Source of the DNA: Heterodontus francisci
Taxonomy: Eukaryota
DNA: 64,000 nucleotides
Assembly: GCF_036365525.1 (NCBI RefSeq)
Contig: NC_090377.1
Span: 103,616,265-103,680,264, forward strand
Reading direction: 5' to 3'
A program made the translations under genes and the position numbers. The notes below the pieces were generated by a model. It saw only the letters and a list, made by a program, of their open reading frames with translations, was not told the DNA's origin and searched no databases. Each line of letters starts with the position of its first letter. Position 1 is the first letter of the stretch. Positions 35,478 through 46,977 of this stretch are shown piece by piece.

Positions 35478-36071
35478 ATTAACTCTGTTTCTCTCTCCAT
35501 ACATGCTGCCAGACCTGCTGAGTATTTCCTAAACTTTCTGTTTCTTTTTCAGATTTCCAGCATCCACAATGTTTTGCTTTTGTATTAGGATCCTTCCTTA
35601 AACCTCTCTGCCTTTCTACCTCACTCTCCTCCTTTAAGGCACTGGAGAGCAGTCCTGATGGCCCAAAACATGCCCTCTATATGTAGGTGGGTGCAAGCAA
35701 GTTAGCTGAAAATGAGGCAAACATGGCTTCCATCAGGTTTCCTGCCATGTCCCATTCCCATTGTCCCTTTTAACTGTTCCATGTCCTGGCCTCAACCAGC
35801 ATTCCTGGAAACTCATTCCTTCTGTTCATCACACAATGTGGACAGAAATACTTTCTGACATCAGCCCTAAGTTTGTCTTTTATCAGCCTGAACATGTGTC
35901 TGAAGGTATTGTCTCAGGTATTCTTCCACCATCCATTCAATATCTTAATAATTGGCAATTTCCCTGACAATCTAAAATGAAGTCAATTAAGTCAAACTGC
36001 AGTAAAGTTGTGTATATTTATTCTGCTGACACATACGTCAGAAAAACAAAATTATATTTGACATCATGAAT

Positions 36072-38637
36072 CTAGAAATCTCTTATACGTCTGAAAGACC
36101 CGATAGTTGAGCTGTAGCCGCCCCAATCACTGAATCTCCTGTATTCACCGGGTCTCATGAAGTACTGTCGACCTCTGTAGTTGGGATGTTCATAGAAGAT
36201 CCAGTAACCGTCCATCACATGGCAGGAGTGAATGTCACGGTAACGGAAACGATCATAGACAGATGAACAGTCATCCATGAATTCCATCATCTGTCCTCCA
36301 AAGTCAGGCCTCTCATAAATCCTCATTCTGTAGTTTCCACCTCGGTACTGTAATATCAATAAGATCATATTTGTAATGAAAGAATTAATTATACATTTCA
36401 AATATGTAATAAAGGGGTTGGATGGTTAGAAAAGAACTTCTGAAAGATCATCTCATTAACAATGAGAGTAAAACTGCGACAATTGAAAAACATGAACAGA
36501 GCCTGTGGATTAAATTCTCACCTGGGTGCCAATGTGCAACTTTTGTCTAATTGTATACAATAAAAAAGGAAATGTTGGTCACTGCAAATGTAAGACTGAT
36601 GTTATTGGCTCGTACAGATAAGAGGTTTTGTAATATCAGTAAACGTCTGGCTTAATTTTTCTTTCAGATTCATCTAGCACAAAACTCAATATAGGTTGTT
36701 GAGGAAACGAGAGTTGACACTACCAGACTACCTCGATGTCCTGGACTGTTTGTGGAATGAGCACATGATGAGTTAAACCAGCTTTCTGCTGAGGATGGAT
36801 GCATTGTGTAAGCGGGCCTAAGGCAAGGATATCTTCTCAGATAATGGGGTGATGGAATGGGAGCAACTCACTCAGACATGTCTGTGATCGTCTGGAATAT
36901 ATTAGCCTGTATTTATGCGGAATGAGAAGAGTGTGCAAGGGCAATGTAACCAAGCGAATAACATTGTTAGAAGGAATAGAATATGGTTAAGTGTATTTTT
37001 GTTGGGCTTATTTTGTTATTCTGATGTCACTTGAATGTAACTTTGATGTCGTATGATATAGTGGTGGTATGCATAGAATGTAGAGATGAAAGATAGAATG
37101 AGTTTATGAAGTGTGAGTGAGACTCTGGAAGCTGCACTCATACTGGAATCATGAAGTATGATGTACCTGAGCACTCATACTAGAATCACAAAGTAAAGAT
37201 CTTTCAGTAAAGGCTTGGCCGTGCATTGTTATAAATATTCTGTGTGTATTCAAATGTTTAAAGTAACAAAACAAATTACAATGAGAAAGCAGTCCACAGG
37301 TAACAATAACAACTTCCATCAGTGAGTTCTATCCAACAGCTTATCAGCCTAAACCTACGTTGCAAATCTCCAATCCAATAATCTGCTTTTCAGTTCTATA
37401 TATTGGTTTAACATGAGCAACTCTAGTTTGTGACATGCAGAACATTTGAATTGATCCACTTACAGTGGCAATGGTCATTAGAATTGTGACCAAAAACAGA
37501 AAATATTCTATTGATGAGGCTCAGGATGCTTCAGACAGTGTGAGAAATGGTCAGGTGTATCAGAGTGTGTGAGGGAGGCTCAGGATGCTACATAGGGTTA
37601 GATGAAGAAAGGTGGTAGCATTACTAACTGCACAGACTGAAAACCTGTTGGGCCGAACAGTCTGTTTCTGTACCATAAATTCTATGTAAATAACATATCC
37701 AATCATAGCAGATGTTCATAGTCAATAACTAATAGTATTTATGAGGTAGAAATTCATCTGGTCCCATTTGTGGTCTCACAGTCTCTCAGACTCACAGGCA
37801 GCCAGGTGCCAACTGAGAGGATCTCAGCCAGCCTGAAAGTGGACCTCGGCTCTCATTAACATTTTCTGCACAAACAATCTCTGCAGGCAGTTTTCAGATT
37901 TGTGGGGCACAGTAGTGGGGTTTGGAGAGGGCACCAATTTCTCAAAGCATTACCGTTCCTTGGTGATCACTGCTTCGGCCACTGTAGACAAGTAGGAATC
38001 CATGTAAATCTACTTTCCTTGAGGGGACCTAAAACAGGTGTTATCCCCTCATTTACATTTTAAATGACATAACCCCTGTTTTCGATGACCACCAGGAATG
38101 CCTGGAAAATTGACCCGATTTCAAGGTGCAATGATTTCCAATTTCTTCATTTATACTCTTAAGAACTCAGTTGTATATCTTTACAGTTATTACAAATACG
38201 AGGTGTGAAATATAGGATAGCATCCCCAAACATAAGCTCTCACCTCACTGATCAGTTCCTATACATAGAATATGTCAACAAACAACTTACATATGGGTAG
38301 CTGCGACATGACCTGATGCTGTCATTGAATCCCATCCAGCGCTGGTAGTCAGGATATTCTCCTCTGCTCAGAACATACTGGTATCCCATGTAATTGGGTC
38401 TCTCATACAGCACCCACCAGTCACTCTCAACACGGATGGAGTTACAGCGGCTGAAGTATGGGGACAGGTCAGCACAGTCAGTACTGGACTCATAGTGCTG
38501 ACCCTGGAAGTTCCTGTCCTCGTAAAAGATAATCTGTGGAAAGACACAAGATAAATTATTGAAATTGAAATAATAAGATTGAAAATCAAGAACAATAGCA
38601 TCGTGTAAAAAATCAGACTTCTTCTTGCCTTTCCCAT
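36072..38637 (-). CDS. crygm: Gamma-crystallin (gammaM-like) gene E, 175 aa; exons 38629-38637, 38291-38533, 36072-36347
   Basis: MGK | [53 protein letters not shown] | [39 protein letters not shown]. Intron 1 is GC-AG (95 nt), intron 2 is GT-AG (1943 nt). AATAAA at 36017-36022. Confidence 0.94.
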
Positions 38638-38689
38638 TTTGATCTCACAGTGCGGAGTAACTGATTTCACGTTGTACCACTTCCTGCAG

Positions 38690-38785
38690 TGTGGTATTTA
38701 TATGCTGTACAAAATGGCCACTCTGCTCTGCACTCTTGTTATTTAAATGACTTAGTGCTGTATGTCAGCGAAAAAAGAACAAAAC
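38690..38785 (-). promoter_or_regulatory. Promoter of gene E
   Basis: TATAAATA at 38695-38702, TGCTGTATGTCAGCG (MARE-like) at 38756-38770, GAACAAAA at about 38777. Confidence 0.6.
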
Positions 38786-39844
38786 TCATCACTTGACATG
38801 ATGCTTGACATGTTTTTGATCCTTTACACTTTGCTTTCACTTCATTTTATTTGTCCTATGAAAACAAAGAGGGAGAGTCCATTGTGATTTCTATAGCCTA
38901 AACTGTTTTGAAACAGCAATGGTTACAAAATCCATTTTCAAGAAGTTGCTTCCCAAGTATACCCATCAGGCTCTTGATCCCAAATCAGCCAAGCGAGGAC
39001 AAAGAAATCCTGCACGAGTTGGTTTCTTCACTGTCTTAAGTATTTCCAATTGCAGTACAACTGTAAATGGATGTTTTGCACTGAATATGTCCATTTCAAC
39101 TAAGGTATATGTCAATGTGATGATGTATGTGAAAGAGGATGGAAAAGTTTCTCGGTAATGTGCAGGAACACCAACTTCAATTTTTGTATTTTAAGATTCC
39201 ATTTCTAATTTTATTGGGGTTTTTTGATTGTTTTTACATATGAAGGGAACATTCCTCATGTTGTTCCCCAATTCACTGGACTGTCCAGGTCATATATCCA
39301 ACTGTAATGAAGTGAATGGGAATTCAGGTGATACACTATTGGCTAACTGTTTATTTCTCACTTAAATAAGGGACAAGCAAAAGTGACCTATGGTTGACTA
39401 TCTGGTTTTCCATCAGTTGCCACTTTCCTTTTTAATTCTTTGTGGCAGAACCTAACCTCTAATTGTGGTGTTCCTGAAAAAGGTGGATGATCCTGGCTTT
39501 GGAATTTTACCCCACATGAATGTTCTACTATAATCTGTGTTCAGACCTAAATATTTAGTGGCCTGATATTGGAGTCAAGAGGCTGTCAGGTCTAATAATT
39601 AACCAGTTCCCAGAATGTTACAGATTAACATTATGTTGCTTTCTGCTAGCTTCTCAACATTTTGGTCAATGAAATATCATTTGATCAGAACTTTTAGACA
39701 CTAAGTATTCTACAATTTATTTACACTTAAATAATTCACAGGAACAAAGATATTTGCCAAAATATTCTGAAAATCAGATGGAAATCAGTTTAAGTAAATA
39801 CACTGAGCACAAACCGGTAAATTTTTACATATAACACAGAGGGT

Positions 39845-41203
39845 GGAATTTTTGATTTGGAAAATTGCCAATGTAACTGCTTTATTCAAAAAGGAAGGGA
39901 GACAGAAAGCAGGAAACCACAGGCCAGTTAGCTTAGCATCTGTCATAAGGAAAATGTTAGAAGCTATTATTAAAGGTGTTATGGCAGGGCACTTCGAAAA
40001 ATTCAATGTAATCAGGCAGAGTCGACATGGATTTGTGAAAGGGAAATCATGTTTAACCAATTTATCGGAGTTCTTTGAAGAAGTAGCATGTGCTGTGGAT
40101 AAAGGGGAACCAGTAGATCAACTGCAATTAGATTTCCAGAAGCCATAAATAGGTCATTTTCTGGTTGGCAAGATGTAACGAGTGGTGTGCCACAGGGATA
40201 TGTGCTGGCGCCTCACTTTTTACAATTTATATAAATGACTTAGACGAAGGGACCAAAAGTATGGTTGCTAAATTTGCTGATGACACAAAGATAGGTAGGA
40301 AAGTAACTTGTGAAAAGGACATGAGGAGGCTACAAAGGGATATAGATAGGTTAAGCAGGTGGGCAAAGACCTTGCAAATGGAATATAATGTGGGAAAGTT
40401 GGAAATTGTCCATTTTGGCAGGAAGAATAAAAAAGAAGCATATTATCTAAATGGTGAGAGATTGCAGAGCTCTGAGATGCAGAAGGATCTGGGTGCCCTA
40501 GTGCATGAATCGCAAAAGGTTAGTATGCGGGTACAGCACATAATTAGGAAAGCTAATAGAATGTAATTGTTTTTCACGAGAAAAATTGAAGACAAAAGTA
40601 GGGAAGTTATGCTTCAGCTATACAGGGCATTGGTGAGACCACATCTGGATTACTATGTACAGTACTGGTCTTCTTATTGAAGGAAGGATGTAAATGCGTT
40701 GGAGGCAGTTCAGAAAAGGTTTACTCGACTAATACCTGGAATGGGCGGGCTGTCTTTCGAGGAAAGGTTGGACAGGCTAGGCTTGTATCTGCTGGAGTTT
40801 AGAAGAGTAAGAAGTGACTTGATTGAAACATATAAGATCCTGAGGTGTCTTGACAGGGTGGATGTGGAAAGGATATTTCCACTTGTGTGAGAATCTAGAA
40901 CTAGGGGTCACTGATTAAAAATAAGGGGTCACCCATTTAAGACAGAGATGAGGAGAAATGTTTTCTAGCTGAGGGTTGTGAGTCTTTGGAACTTTCTTCC
41001 TCAAAAGGCAGTTGAAGCAGAGTCTTTGAATATTTTTAAGGCAGAGGTAGATCGATTGTTGATAAGCAAGGGTTTGAAAGGTTATCGGTGGTAGGTGGAA
41101 ATGTGGAGTAATCAGTGCAGCCATGAACTTATTGAATGGCAGAGCAGGCTAAAGGCACCAAGTGGCCTACTCCTGCTCCTAATTCATATGTCCATATGAT
41201 CGT
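39845..41203 (+). mobile_element. CR1 LINE, 3' half
   Basis: WKIANVTALFKKEGRQKAGNHRPVSL, VAKFADDTKIG and EAVQKRFTRLIPGM, with a CATATG-type tail. Confidence 0.92.
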
Positions 41204-43069
41204 ATGCACCATAGATTCCCATTTCTTTAAGTACATGTCCTTCAAATACGAATGGGCAGTTGCTCCAGTATCGATTGTGACTCTCACCTTATGCTTGCAT
41301 CTCTTCTGTAGACATATAATCCTAATTCATATTGAATGCCTCAGTTTGCATGATAGCATTGACATGCTGATCCAAATTACCTATGTGAAATATTTGTTCG
41401 CTGTTTGCACGAGTGCACTCTTCATCCATGTACTCCTCGAAATCTGTCTCATTGCTGACCTAATATACCTACTTGGGCATTTGTTGTGTGTTGCCAGACC
41501 TTTTGTTGCATTTGCCATCCTGTCTTGCAGACGTTCTCTCTGCTTGTGACCTGCCAACATTCCTGTGTGCAGTATCTAAGCCTGGCCTTCTGCAACGCCT
41601 TGCCCAATGTCCTCGCACGCCACAAGCTTTGCACAGGTCCTGATACACTGGACAACTGCAAATTGGGTGAGTCAGGCCACATTTGCCACAAGGCTTAGCA
41701 AACTTCTGATCCTTGGTTACTATACCCATTGTCATAGCCACCCCCAACGTTTGTAACTGTTGGCACACAGAAATTATGGTTTCAAAGTTCCTTCCATTAT
41801 TGAGTAGTGCATCTATGGTGTGCCCTTTCTACTTTTCTAGCCGATCTTTGTGAAAGGTCTCTATGGGGATAGACGCAATTACTAGCTCTATAACCTATTC
41901 CGACAAGTCGATATCTGCAAAGTCGCATTCTTGAGCTTTGTTTCAGCACCTTGCAACAAACTAGTCAATGGGCTCATCTTGCCTTTGTTGTGAGGTCATA
42001 AGCTCAAGACTATGTATGCAGAAATTTCCTTCACCTTGAGTTGCTGCTCGAGGAATGTCCAGAATTTGCTGGGGTCCTTCTGATCCTCAGTTTACAATCC
42101 TGATGTATTTATCTGTTGCAGGCCACCATTTCCCAGTGTGAGTTTAACCTGATAGCTTGTTTTTCTGTTTCGCTCATGTCTTGATCCAGGGAACACAGTT
42201 CCACCTGCTGTCGAAACAGTTTACGTTCAGACGCTATGTCTGACGTCATCCAATATATAACTGGATATCTGAAAGCCATTGTCTTAATGATTATGCTTTT
42301 TTCCTGTTTTATTAACTGCCGGTTTTTTTTGAACTGAATTTTTTTCTCTGTGGAAGGTATTACAGCTTGCAGTACCAGCAGATGCCACAACCAGCCTTTT
42401 TCACTGTGATGTAGTCCTCTAGTGGCACTGTTGAGTTCGTCCCTCTCTTTTTAGCTTAGGCCCTTCCCACAAAGCAAAAAAAAAGAAAAGTAAAATAGTC
42501 ATGGCTTCAGCTACTGCTTTTAAAATGCTTGACCCACTGCCAGAATAGTTGAAAGCTCCAGTGTCCTGACAAATTGCCTACTGTCCTCAGAGAGCTTCAA
42601 CACCTCCCCCAGCATCCTGTGTGTAGACCTATCTCACTGCACTGTTGTGACGTCTCCTGCCAGATGCTCTCCAGGATCTTCAGCCACTCTGTTAAGCAAT
42701 TAGTTGTTCCTTGTTCTCTCTGAGTGTATCCTTCCGAAAAAAATCAAATATTGCCACAATGTAATAGTTGGTGGTCTTCAGAGCAAATATATATCCCAAA
42801 TATTGCCGCCATGTAATATTACTTGTTCCTTTAATATGTGAATGATTCTAAGAGTCACAGGACTACACGGCATATTTGTTGGTTTTTATTATAGTTTAAC
42901 TAGAACATATATATATATACAGTTACTGCACGAGTCACGTCTAAACACAGCTCACTCTGTTGGGCTACACCCACAACTTCCTGGGCACGTGTTACATGAC
43001 ATCACTTCCACTTGTGATCTTCAATTATAGCTTCTTAAGTTGGTCTGCTCTTAAGATCGTCCCACAACA
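41204..43069 (-). mobile_element. Truncated Gypsy-type LTR retrotransposon (5' LTR about 42812-43069, gag, start of protease)
   Basis: Minus-strand LTR TGTTG..ATTACA followed by the PBS-like TGGCGGCAATA. Gag knuckles CGKCGLTH..CPVYQDLCKACGVRGHWARRC. The 3' part is replaced by CR1. Confidence 0.75.
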
Positions 43070-43099
43070 GTTGTTGCCAGTCAGACTGAGTGGGTGCTC

Positions 43100-45750
43100 A
43101 GGTCTGCGTCTCTGGCTGGCCTCCCATAGGTGCAGGAAATCATTGACTGCACTCATGAGGCAAGCAAGGCAGCCCCAGATCATCCAGGAGTGTTTGTGAA
43201 TTAGATTCACAGGGAGCTGCCATGATGCATTTGTCACTCGCAGTCCAGCCTCCCTGAGCTTTTCATACCTTGGAACACACGTACCTGCTGGCTGCTTGGC
43301 GACAAGGTCTAACCACTTAAAGTGTGACTGTTGACATCAGTGAGGAGCCCAAGCAATGATGGCCAAGAACACTACAATCAAAGCTACAGGACAAGATGTG
43401 TCATTGAGCTAACAATCGGCATGTTGAAGACATGCTCTAGGTGCCTCGCCAGATCCAAAGATGTCCTTCGATACACACAAGACAGGGTCTTCAGAATGAT
43501 GATGGTGTGCTGCACCCTGAACAACATTGTATAAACAATGAGTAGCAAGGCACAGAGCACAGTATCACTTTAGAAGAGGAGGAAGACGAAGAAGAACAGG
43601 ACAAGGAGGAGTAACATGATGGCAGCCATTGCACCAGCAGCTAAACACAATGTCACACAACCTGCCCTCAGAATGGTGAGATTTAATTAGGTTACATCTG
43701 TGCACACATCTGACAGTCACATGGTAAACTCACTTACCCCAACACAAAGCTGTCCTGCAATCAGTAAAGGATCCCTCACACAGACAACATTGCTCAGCTT
43801 TAAGTCTTGTCTTACCATTCATCACAAGTGAGAAGGCCACTTGCCAGGCAACATGAACAATGGGGAAAACAGGAATGTCATACAAACAGATAATATTGAT
43901 GTGGCTCATAAATTGTGCAAAATCTTAACTACCTAACATTGTATAACTCATCAATGTGCAAACAGTTATGCAACTACAAATCTTTACTCTTCCTTTTTCT
44001 GCTACTCCTTCCTGGTGTAATCCCTGTGGTTTCAGCAGAGATAGACACAGGTTGGCCAGATCCATGCTCAAACTGCTGCAATGCTCTTGACCGACATCCT
44101 CAAGGTATTGGAGCCTGTGAGGGTCTTTCTAAACACTGTTCTACCTGCACCTATGCAGGGGCAGACTCAGCCATTGGGGCACAGGGCATCATTTGGGGAA
44201 CTGATGTGGGGGGTGCTTGAGTTGGCTGCTGCTCTAGAATTGCGTTCTTCGTCAATGGCCCCTGAAGCTCAGCATTGAGCTGAGCAGAGCTTGGATGGTC
44301 CTGCACCCTCCCATGTAGACTCTCTACTACTGTTCCTGTCTCCAACATTTGCTCTTCCTCACTTTTTTTTTAAGAGATACAGCACTGAAACAGGCCCTTC
44401 GGCCCACCGAGTCTGTGCCGACCATCAACCACCCATTTATACTAATCCTATACTAATTCCATATTCCTACCACATCCCCACCAGTCCCTATATTTCCCTA
44501 CCACCTACCTATCCTAGGGGTAATTTATAATGGCCAATTTACCTATCAACCTGCAAGTCTTTTGGCATGTGGGAGGAAACCGGAGCACCCGGAGGAAACT
44601 CACGCAGACACAGGGAGAACTTGCAAACTCCACACAGGCAGTACCCGGAATTGAACCCGGGTCGCTGGAGCTGTGAGGCTGCGGTGCTAACCACTCCGCC
44701 ACTGTGCCGCCACTGTGAAGTGTGAGACACCATATGACAACCCAACTCCCTGTCTTGGCAGTCCCGTTGAGGTGTGTATCTGAGCTGGTGGACAGTGCAT
44801 GTGAGCCCTGTGACGGTGCATCCTCAGAGTGAGTGACCTCGTCTGAAGAGTCTTCATCCTTCTCCTGCACCACCTCCTGAGGGACGCTTGAAGTGCCTGT
44901 GGGAAATGAAAGACATGAAATAGAACTGTCAAGGTGAGAAGGTTCTCATTCCACATTGTGCACATTATCATTTTTCAGTGGCTACTTAAGTCAAGCCAAC
45001 ATGAGTGAGTGTTATATGCCATGTGGCTGTGTGATACTTAATTCTGTCACCAGGTAGCTGGGACGATTCCCATCTCCCCGTCTCCATTGTCCAGGCATGC
45101 CGAGACCTGGCTTATCTCCATTGCTTCCTCCTCTGCAGTGGTCAAAGTGGAAATGGACTGGATGACCACCTTCGGTTCTCTGCCTCTCCCTGATGTTCTC
45201 AGCTCTCTCCTCCTGCAAGGAGAGAAAGAAGAGACCAATGAGTGTGAGAAATGGAATGTTTTTACAGTATAAAAGGACAACACTTGTGGAGGGACAGTGT
45301 GAGAGATAGGTGTGACATTACATTGAAATGAGCCTGAATGCCAGTGGTGACTGGTCAGATGAGGATGTCAGGAGGTGCCTAGACAGAGAGGGATGAGTGC
45401 ATCTGCAAGGTTTATTGGTTGTGGAGTTGAGGTGCAGGAGAAGGTTTAGTTAGGCAGGGTGAGTCTGTTTGAGGTTAGACACACATCAGGATATAATTGA
45501 ATATATCAAGTCACTCACCATTCCTGCCCTGATTAGTTCATGAACCTCTTATGGTACTGCATCCAGGAGAGTGGGACCACTCCTGTTGCTGACGTCCTCA
45601 GCCTCTTCAAACCACACCTGCCCGTTTTCAGAGGCAGGCTCCCTCCTCCTGTCCGCAGCGAACAGAATCTCTCTGCTGGCCTTTACATCTGTGGAAGTCC
45701 AAAACTTCAAAAATGTCGGCCAGAAGAATTCCAGCCACTTCTGCCATGGA
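43100..45750. mobile_element. Decayed PIF/Harbinger transposon: DDE transposase (+, about 43100-43535) facing a Myb/SANT-like gene (-, about 44150-45750)
   Basis: IIDCTH, GSCHDAF, WLLGDK and YNQSYRTRCVIELTIGMLK..CCTLNNI are HARBI1-like motifs. Minus-strand exons REILFAADRRR and EERAENIRERQRTEGG parallel the Myb-like gene at 56160. Confidence 0.8.
44370..44712 (-). mobile_element. HE1-type V-SINE, full length
   Basis: GCGGCACAGTGGCGGAGTGGTTAGCACCGCAGCCTCACAGCTCC..GGTTCAATTCC (A and B boxes), V-domain and CR1-like tail. Confidence 0.9.
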
Positions 45751-46977
45751 CTGAATGAAGCACCTTGACTATCATGGTTTGGAAGGTGCTGTCAAAAGAG
45801 CCTTGGTGAGTTTCTGCAAAGCATCTTATGGTGAAGCCACAACACATGTTTGCTAAACAGTGAAAGCAGCATGTTATAGACAAGAGCTAAGCCATCCCTG
45901 CACCAACAGATCAGGTCAAAGCTCTGCCGTCCTGCCACATCCAATCATGAATAGTGGTGAAAAATTAAACAACAAAGAGAAGGAGGAAGCTCCATGAATA
46001 TCACCATCCTCAATGAAGGTACCTGAGTGTAAAAGACAAGGCTGTACCACTTGCAATTATTTTCAGCTGGATGATCCATTTTGACCGCCTCCTGAGGACC
46101 CCAACATCACAGATGCCAGTCTGCTCTCTATATTTATCAACATCTTCTTTAACTCCTCGTCGGTCACATCATTGGGCAGATTGCTTATCTGATTCACTCC
46201 ATGAAACAAAAAGAGAGGGAGTATGATGCCTGTCGGGGGAATTCTTCAAGTGAAAACCAGGGCAAATACAATCAATTGAGAGAGGAAGTGAAGGGGAAAA
46301 TAAGACAGGCTAAGAGAGAATATGAGAATAGAATGACAGTTAACATAAAAAATAACCCAATAATCTTTTATCTGGATGTAAATCGTAAGCGGGTAGTAAG
46401 AGGCAGAGGGACAAAGAACACGATATATGCTTGGAGGCTATGGTGATCGAGCAGGGGAATCAGATTGACTGAATTGTTACACTTAAATTGGACATGGACT
46501 CGATGGATCAAATGGCCTCCTTCTGTGCTGTAGTCACTCTCTGACTCCAGACGTGGGCAAGGCTAGAAAACATTAATGAGTACTTTGTATTGGATGCTGC
46601 GCCTTCAGTTGCCTAGGCTTGAAGTTCTGAAATAACCTCCCTTACCTCTCCGCCTCTCCACCTCACTTTCTTCATTTCGGACTCTCCTTAAAAATGACTT
46701 CTTTGAACAAGCTTTTGGGCACCTGACCTAAAATCTCCTTTTGTAGTTTGCTATCATACTTTATTTTATAATGCTCCTGTGAAATGTCTTGGGACATTTT
46801 ATTACATTAAATGTGCTATATAAATGTAAGTCATTGTTGTGTTTACTAAGGAAGAGGATTCTGAGAAAATGTCAGTGGAAGCAGAGACAGTAGAGGTAAT
46901 GGATGGAATAAAAACTGATGGGCGGGACGTATTGGAAAGACTGCCTATGCTTAGAGTGGATAAGTCATCTGGTCCCT

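Noticed and set aside
36590-37280. Possible solo LTR in intron 2 of gene E
   Set aside because: The composition is LTR-like with several TG..CA candidates, but I found no matching TSD or second copy.
38368-38670. 100-aa ORF with a hydrophobic stretch ([19 protein letters not shown]..) suggesting a membrane isoform of gene E
   Set aside because: It is exon 1 read through a 95-nt AT-rich intron into the wrong frame of exon 2, and it is not conserved in the paralogs. It would matter only if intron retention were shown.
44630-44712. tRNA-like sequence (also at about 25210-25287 and 3270-3354)
   Set aside because: These are SINE heads continuous with SINE bodies and tails, not tRNA genes.
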